In this document: positions 58,476-64,000 of the stretch, piece by piece
How the letters are laid out: each line of letters starts with the position of its first letter
Position numbering within the stretch: the stretch's first letter is position 1
From: Candidatus Sumerlaeota bacterium
GTDB taxonomy: Bacteria > Sumerlaeota > Sumerlaeia > UBA8349
Direction of reading: 5' to 3'
Assembly: GCA_016931035.1 (NCBI GenBank)
Contig: JAFGFN010000026.1
Span: forward strand, 21,235-85,234
DNA: 64,000 nt
Position numbers and translations under genes: made by a program
Notes under the pieces: generated by a model
The model's database searches: none
What the model saw: the letters and a program-made list of their open reading frames with translations, nothing else
Told to the model about the DNA's origin: nothing

Positions 58476-59320
58476 GAGGCTTTTTGCCCACTCTTGCGCG
58501 CCGCCAGGGTCAGTGTCAGGTTGAGATCCACCGAGGGAATCCATCCGAACGGGAAGAACCGCCGCCGCTCGACCTGGAAGGAGCGGCGCAGCTCTCGAAC
58601 CACGCCTCGCGCCGAGTTGCAGTGCTCGATCGCGATCGCCTGCGCGTAGTCCAGACCGTATCGCTTGGAAAGCGTCCGTTGCGAAGTGAATCGTCGCCCC
58701 AGATTCCAGGCCCATCCTCCTTCGCAGGGAAGTCCGACAAGAAACAAACCGTCATCCGCGAGCACGCGCCGGACTTCCGCGAGTACGTCGCCGAGGAAGA
58801 AGAGATGCTCCAGGGAATAGATCGAGATAATCGTGCCGAATGCGCCGTCGCGAAAGGGAAGGCGGCACGCGTCGGCCTGCATCACTCGGGCTCTCGGAAA
58901 TCGCCGCCTCGCCGATCGTAAGGAATCGAGATTCACGTCCACGCCCACGACGCTCTCGCGTTCAGAGAAGTAAGAGAAGTGAGCGCCCCCTCCGCACCCC
59001 AGGTCGAGAGTCCACGCTTCGGGAGAAGGGGGATACTGCGCCACTCGCTTATGGGCCGAGTGGTGAATCCAGCGGAAAACACCGTTGCCCAATTCGAAGT
59101 ACTCGTCGAGCGACTCGGCGGCCACGCTCTTCCACTTCTGGCAGTGCGGGTTGTCCGCGCCGCGAGTATCGACTCGGGGTTCCGACGGCATCATGACGAG
59201 CACGCCGTCCGTCGATTCGAATTCGCGCCCGCAGGTTTCGCAGCGAGTGTTTTCTCCTTCCATGCGCGCCGCCGTCCGGCAATCGGGACACGCGAGCAGA
59301 CTCTCGAACGGCGCTTTCAT
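58472..59320 (-). CDS. Class I SAM-dependent methyltransferase with an N-terminal Zn-ribbon
   Basis: CPDC...CETC zinc ribbon, then LDLGCGGG (motif I) and VDVNLD. Confidence 0.75.
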   Translation of the reverse strand: MKAPFESLLACPDCRTAARMEGENTRCETCGREFESTDGVLVMMPSEPRVDTRGADNPHCQKWKSVAAESLDEYFELGNGVFRWIHHSAHKRVAQYPPSPEAWTLDLGCGGGAHFSYFSERESVVGVDVNLDSLRSARRRFPRARVMQADACRLPFRDGAFGTIISIYSLEHLFFLGDVLAEVRRVLADDGLFLVGLPCEGGWAWNLGRRFTSQRTLSKRYGLDYAQAIAIEHCNSARGVVRELRRSFQVERRRFFPFGWIPSVDLNLTLTLAARKSGQKAS

Positions 59321-60258
59321 CGCGTCGAGTCCTCCTCCGGGCGAGAAGCGGGAGGGCGTCTTCGCGCCAGCTGGCCCAACTCGAGCCGCACCTGGGCGAT
59401 CTGCTCGGCCAAGAGACCGAAGAAGAAGACGAACACGCCCGACAAGATGAGCGCGAGAGACGAGCCAAACACACCTCCCCTAAGAACGATCTGAATCACG
59501 CCCCAGACGCTCCCGACGACGAGCAGGAAAAGCCCCGTGGGCGTGAAGATGCGTTGCGGATTGAAGAGCATTGTCAAACGCAGCAGAATGTGAAGGAAGC
59601 GGAGTCCGTCGCGCAGCGGACGAATCCCGCTGCGCCCCGTGCGGCGGCGTCCGATCGTCTTCAGAGACACGTATCGCACTTCGCGTCCCAGCTTGAGAAA
59701 CGCCATCGTCACCGTCGTCGGATAGGAGTAGTGCCGGGGGAAAAGATGAACGACTTCCAGGAGCGGCTCGCGCCGGACCGCGCGGAATCCCGAAGTGAGG
59801 TCCGCGATCTTCTCCTGCGATAGGAATTCCGCGAATCGGATCAGTCCGCGATTGCCGAACGAACGCAGACGCGAGACGTTCGCTCCGGGCGCGCGAGCCC
59901 CGACCACAAGGTCGCACTCGCCGCAGTGCTCGAGGAGGGCGGGAATCTCTTCGGCCGGGTGCTGCCCGTCGGCGTCGAGCATCACGATCCATTCGCCCCG
60001 TGCCGCCTCGCACCCGGTGCGGACGGCGGCCCCGTTGCCTCGGTTCTTCGAATGCCGCACCACGCGCGCGCCCGCTTCGCGCGCCGCGTCCGCCGTGCCG
60101 TCGGTCGAACCGTCGTCCACGACGACAATCTCGTTCGCTATGTTCAGCGCCGCGATGCGGCGGACGACTTCGCCCACGCTTTCCGCCTCGTTGAAGGCGG
60201 GGATCACCACGCTCACGTCCGGCCGGGTCGCACTCGTCGGGTCGAGACTCGTCATCAT
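59317..60258 (-). CDS. Polyprenyl-phosphate glycosyltransferase (GT2, GtrB/ArnC/DPM1-like)
   Basis: VSVVIPAFNE, DDGSTDGT and DADGQH motifs plus two C-terminal TM helices. Confidence 0.8.
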   Translation of the reverse strand: MMTSLDPTSATRPDVSVVIPAFNEAESVGEVVRRIAALNIANEIVVVDDGSTDGTADAAREAGARVVRHSKNRGNGAAVRTGCEAARGEWIVMLDADGQHPAEEIPALLEHCGECDLVVGARAPGANVSRLRSFGNRGLIRFAEFLSQEKIADLTSGFRAVRREPLLEVVHLFPRHYSYPTTVTMAFLKLGREVRYVSLKTIGRRRTGRSGIRPLRDGLRFLHILLRLTMLFNPQRIFTPTGLFLLVVGSVWGVIQIVLRGGVFGSSLALILSGVFVFFFGLLAEQIAQVRLELGQLARRRPPASRPEEDSTR

Positions 60259-61700
60259 TCTCCTCGCGCGGAAAAGTCGAGCACCTGGACGCCCGCGAGC
60301 GTGAAGCGCTTCACGTCGTCGAAGGTGCGCACACGCCGCAGTGTCCTCCAGAAATACCGTGGGCGCAAGTAGAAGCGACGATACGCCCGGCGAACCGCCT
60401 TCTCCAAATACTCCGAAGAGACGTGCGTATAGTGCTCGTTGTAGAGCGCACCGACGTGGAGATTGGCGAGATCCGTCGCGGACCCGTCGCCGATCTCGGG
60501 ATGCCGCGCGGCGACCTCATCGAACAGGGGCGTCCCCGGATACGGTGTGCACAGGCCGAACGTCACCGTCGTCGGATCGATTTCGAGGACGAAGCGGACC
60601 GTCGTCTCGATCGTCTCCTCGGTTTCGCCCGGCATCCCCAACATCACGTGGGCGTGAGTCTCCACGCCCGCCTGCCGCGCCCAACCGAACACCTCGCGCG
60701 TCTGCTCGATGCGCGTCCCCTTGCGGCTGCGGTCGAGAATCTCCTGCACCCCGGATTCCACTCCGAACTTGACCATGTGGCATCCCGATCGCTTCATCGT
60801 CTCGAGCGTCTCGAGATCGAGCGTGTTGACCCGCGCGTTGCAGACCCAGGTCAGGTCGAGATGCGACTCTATCAACTTCCGGCAGAACTCTTGCGTGCGA
60901 GAACGGCTGAAAGTGAACGTCTCGTCGCGGAAGAAGATCTCGCGATACCCCTTCGCGCTCAGCTGCGCGAGCTCGGCGATCACGTTGTCCACGGACCGCG
61001 CCCGAAGACGCGGACCGTAGAAGAACGGCGCCGTGCAGAAGCTGCACAGTCCCGGACAGCCGCGCGAAGTCGAGAGCGTCATATACGGCATCCGCCGCAC
61101 CACGGGGTTGAAGTAGTGCACGCCGCGCGGAAGCATGTCCACGTCCAGAAAGGGAAGATCGTCGAGATTCTCGATGAACGGGTAGTCGGGGTTCAGAATC
61201 GTCCGGCCGTCTTCGCGATATCCGATCCCGGGCACGCCGCGCCAGTCCTCGCCTCGATCGAGCGCCAGCGCCACGTCGCGCACGACGTATTCGGGCTCGC
61301 GCCGAACGACGACGTCTACCCCCTCCTTGGCGAGCGTCGCCTCGGGCAGGAAGGTCGGATGCGAACCGAAAAGGAAGGTCTGCAGGCTCGCGTTGACTCC
61401 CTTCATGCTCCTCAGGGTCTCGGCGTCCTCGTTCACGCTCATCGTGGACGTGGACATGACGACCACGTCGAATTCCGAAGCGCGAGCCACTACGCGAGTC
61501 AGAGGAACCCGTTCGCCGAGCGCGTCCAGGAACTCGACGTCCAGTCCCGCCCGCTTGAGCACCGTCGCGACCCCGAGCAACGCATAGGGCGGGACGCTGG
61601 CCCCACCGATGCGCTTCCCCTTGCACCAACAGCCGTAGAGCACGTCGCGCACAACGTTCTTCGTGAACGCACTGGAAGGATTGAGAACGAGGAAACGCAT
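60255..61700 (-). CDS. B12-binding domain radical SAM protein (class B)
   Basis: N-terminal cobalamin-binding Rossmann fold followed by CPGLCSFC (CxxxCxxC). Start MRFLVLN at 61700. The upstream Arg-rich part of the ORF is rejected. Confidence 0.85.
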   Translation of the reverse strand: MRFLVLNPSSAFTKNVVRDVLYGCWCKGKRIGGASVPPYALLGVATVLKRAGLDVEFLDALGERVPLTRVVARASEFDVVVMSTSTMSVNEDAETLRSMKGVNASLQTFLFGSHPTFLPEATLAKEGVDVVVRREPEYVVRDVALALDRGEDWRGVPGIGYREDGRTILNPDYPFIENLDDLPFLDVDMLPRGVHYFNPVVRRMPYMTLSTSRGCPGLCSFCTAPFFYGPRLRARSVDNVIAELAQLSAKGYREIFFRDETFTFSRSRTQEFCRKLIESHLDLTWVCNARVNTLDLETLETMKRSGCHMVKFGVESGVQEILDRSRKGTRIEQTREVFGWARQAGVETHAHVMLGMPGETEETIETTVRFVLEIDPTTVTFGLCTPYPGTPLFDEVAARHPEIGDGSATDLANLHVGALYNEHYTHVSSEYLEKAVRRAYRRFYLRPRYFWRTLRRVRTFDDVKRFTLAGVQVLDFSARGE

Positions 61701-61717
61701 GACGGAGATCTGCCCTT

Positions 61718-63658
61718 CTAAGCCGCGACGGGCACGGCGCGCATCGCCTCGCGCCACATCATGAGAATAACGAGGCTCATCCTCTGTTTGCCATGCAGAA
61801 GATCGAGCCGTCCGGTCCCGTCGCGAAGACGACGCACGGCGTCCGGATCGAGCCATTCCTGCCCGCGCAAACGCTCGTCGCCGAGCCATTCCTCCTCGAG
61901 TCGCGCGAGCGCTTCGCCGTAGGCTTCTTCGAGCGGGACGTGGAACGCCTGTTTCCGTCCGCCGCCGGCGTAGCCCGGAATCCAGCGCTCGGCGCAGGTC
62001 CGCAAAATCCGCTTGTTCGTCCCGCGACGAATCTTCCACCCGATCGGAAGCGCCGTCGCGAGCTCGACCAGGCGCGGGTCGAGAAACGGCACCCGGCCTT
62101 CGAGCGACGCCCCCATCGTCATCTTGTCCATCTTGAGCAGAATGTTGTCGGGAAGCCAGAATCGGCACTCCTGCTCCAAGAGCGCGTCGAAAAGGCCTTG
62201 CGCGCCCCGCTCGCGCGAGCGCGCCAGGTCCGCCGCGAGATCGCCGGTCACGTCGCGGACGTCGTCGTGTCCGTCGCGCCACTCGGGACGAAGGAGCCCG
62301 TCGAGCGCCGCGTCGTCGAAAAGCGAAACGTGCGCCATGTACATCGCCTCGGGATGCCCCATCGCCGCGAGCATCGCCGCCAAACGCTCGCGACCCGACA
62401 CGCCGAGCGACGATGGATAGTCGAAGAACCGATCGAGCCAAGCGACCGGCGTACGACTCACCGCCCACCCCGCCGCGCGTCCGACGGCGCGAGCGAGCGG
62501 CCCGAGCCGCCGCGAGGCTCCGAACAGGCGCAACAGGTTCTTCTGATGGAGGTAGCCGCCGAGCAACTCGTCCGCCCCTTCGCCCGTCAGGACCACTTTG
62601 ACCTCGCGCGCCGCGGCCCGGGACAGAAGATAGAGTGGCAGAATGATCGCGTCGCCCAACGGCTCGTCCATCAGGCGCACGGCGTCGGGAAGGAGCCGCA
62701 TGTCGTCGGGACGCATCCGAATCGAGGTGTGCCGCGCGCCGATCCGCCGCGCCAGAGACTCCGCCGCCGCCGTTTCGTCGCGTGCCGTGCCGAAACCCAT
62801 CGAAAACGTTCGCACCGGTTCGTCCGTGTGGCGCGCCATCAGACTCACGATGCTTCCCGAGTCCACTCCCCCGCTCAGGAAGGCCCCCACGGGCACGTCG
62901 GCCATCATCTGCATCCGAACGGCGTCTTCGGCGAGAGAGGCGAACTCGTCAATCGCGTCTTCCTCGCGCTTCCACCGCTCTTCGCCCCGGAAACGCGTTT
63001 GCCAATAGGGCTTGGTACACACCGCGCCGTTCTCGATCGTCATCCGATGCCCCGGCGGAAAACGCCGTATGGAACGCCACATCGTATGAGGACCCGGAAC
63101 GTAGCGAAGCCGCAGATAGAGCCGCAGCGCCGCGGGATCCACGTCGCGCCGAACCCACGGCAGCGTCAGGAGCGACTTGACCTCCGAGGCGAATACGAAG
63201 CTCTCCGGCGTCTCGGCATAAAACAAGGGTTTGACGCCCATCGGGTCGCGCGCAAGAACCAGACGGCGGCGTGGGGCGTCCCACAACCCGAACGCGAAAA
63301 TGCCATTGAGGCGTCTCACCATCTCCTCGCCCCATTCGGCGTAGGCGTGGAGAAGCGTTTCCGTGTCGCACCGCGTGCGAAAGACCCGCCCGCGCGACTC
63401 CAGCTCGCGACGCAAGTCCATGAAGTTGTATATCTCGCCGTTGTAGACGACGACCAGGCCGCCGTCGGCGCTCGCCATCGGCTGCGCGCCGCCTTCGAGA
63501 TCGACGATGCTCAACCGCTGGTGCCCCAAACCGATCATGCCGTCCGGCGCGAGATAGACCCCTTCTCCGTCCGGACCCCGGTGCGCCATCTGCGCGCGCA
63601 TCGCGTCGAGGCGCTCGCGCGTCGCGCCCGGGCCGAGAATCCCACAAATGCCGCACAT
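61718..63658 (-). CDS. asnB: Asparagine synthetase B-type glutamine amidotransferase, second paralog
   Basis: MCGICGI nucleophile and SGGVDS PP-loop. Confidence 0.85.
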   Translation of the reverse strand: MCGICGILGPGATRERLDAMRAQMAHRGPDGEGVYLAPDGMIGLGHQRLSIVDLEGGAQPMASADGGLVVVYNGEIYNFMDLRRELESRGRVFRTRCDTETLLHAYAEWGEEMVRRLNGIFAFGLWDAPRRRLVLARDPMGVKPLFYAETPESFVFASEVKSLLTLPWVRRDVDPAALRLYLRLRYVPGPHTMWRSIRRFPPGHRMTIENGAVCTKPYWQTRFRGEERWKREEDAIDEFASLAEDAVRMQMMADVPVGAFLSGGVDSGSIVSLMARHTDEPVRTFSMGFGTARDETAAAESLARRIGARHTSIRMRPDDMRLLPDAVRLMDEPLGDAIILPLYLLSRAAAREVKVVLTGEGADELLGGYLHQKNLLRLFGASRRLGPLARAVGRAAGWAVSRTPVAWLDRFFDYPSSLGVSGRERLAAMLAAMGHPEAMYMAHVSLFDDAALDGLLRPEWRDGHDDVRDVTGDLAADLARSRERGAQGLFDALLEQECRFWLPDNILLKMDKMTMGASLEGRVPFLDPRLVELATALPIGWKIRRGTNKRILRTCAERWIPGYAGGGRKQAFHVPLEEAYGEALARLEEEWLGDERLRGQEWLDPDAVRRLRDGTGRLDLLHGKQRMSLVILMMWREAMRAVPVAA

Positions 63659-63682
63659 TGGCGTCCCGTTCTTCCCGCGTTC

Positions 63683-64000
63683 TCAGAAGTCGATGTAGTC
63701 CGGCAACAGCTCGTCCATCGGAAGCGGCAGTCGTTCGCGATACTGAACGTGCTTGGCGACCTGGAACCCCATCCAGATCGCGTCGTCCACGTTGGCATAG
63801 CAGAAGAGCCCCTGCCTGCCGAACGTCGTGACGTTCGACAGGCTCGACAGGTGATCGACGATGGCTCGGATCTTTTCCTGATAGCCGACCCGAAATCGCG
63901 GATACGCATGGCGCAGACGCCGCGTGTGATAACTCTCGACGCGCCGGCGCGCGAGAAGACCGTTCGCTTCGAGCGGCCCCATCACCCGTTCGAACAACGT
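63683..64000 (-). CDS. C-terminal part of a putative FAD/NAD(P)-dependent oxidoreductase (gene continues beyond the window)
   Basis: C-terminal ...TFGRQGLFCYANVDDAIWMGFQVAKH is amine-oxidase/UDP-galactopyranose-mutase-like. Partial. Confidence 0.35.
   Translation of the reverse strand, partial: TLFERVMGPLEANGLLARRRVESYHTRRLRHAYPRFRVGYQEKIRAIVDHLSSLSNVTTFGRQGLFCYANVDDAIWMGFQVAKHVQYRERLPLPMDELLPDYIDF

Noticed and set aside
61701-62468. N-terminal 256-aa extension of the radical SAM ORF
   Set aside because: Arg-rich junk overlapping the asnB paralog on the same strand in a different frame. MRFLVLN at 61700 starts the B12-binding domain.
1-64000. Search for tRNA/rRNA genes, CRISPR arrays, transposases or integrases and phage genes
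   Set aside because: No intergenic region shows tRNA-like T-arm (GTTCGAATC-type) or acceptor features. No regularly spaced repeat-spacer array. No ORF with DDE/tyrosine-recombinase signatures. The only repeats are the 96-bp palindromic element, short tandem repeats and the in-gene coiled-coil repeats.

Overview
High-GC (about 65%) bacterial chromosomal window. The gene content (a prepilin-type H-X9-DG-like protein, a PQQ-like beta-propeller, many GT-C-like polytopic membrane proteins) suggests a Planctomycetota/Verrucomicrobiota-like organism, but this is inference only. The first half (1-32 kb) is mostly housekeeping and transport: LivF C-terminus, a URO-D-family protein, two tandem PaaK-like ligases, an NhaP antiporter, gatB, pta, a TetR-MFP-RND efflux operon, ychF, an ArnT/PMT-like glycosyltransferase, AMMECR1, carA-carB, a histidine phosphatase and a MATE pump. 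The second half (about 32-64 kb) is a large surface-glycan biosynthesis island. It has GT4 and GT2 glycosyltransferases, a DegT aminotransferase, an oxidoreductase-acetyltransferase fusion and an O-antigen-ligase-like protein with TPR repeats. It also has a domain-permuted polyprenyl-phosphate sugar phosphotransferase, WecB, two AsnB-type amidotransferases, a Wzm/Wzt ABC exporter, a B12-binding radical SAM enzyme and a Zn-ribbon methyltransferase. The most unusual gene (51037..54960) fuses a SAM methyltransferase, a roughly 350-aa coiled coil built from 105-bp tandem repeats, and a GT4 glycosyltransferase. I read it as a WbdD-like terminator/ruler fused to a glycosyltransferase, sitting next to a Wzt carrying a C-terminal carbohydrate-binding extension. 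A 96-bp palindromic repeat element occurs twice in direct orientation (35017 and 44967) and brackets a 10-kb six-gene cassette. The first copy lies in a roughly 970-bp hairpin-dense non-coding region. Several short stop-codon-proximal motifs and hairpins recur. No tRNA, rRNA, CRISPR array, transposase or integrase was found.
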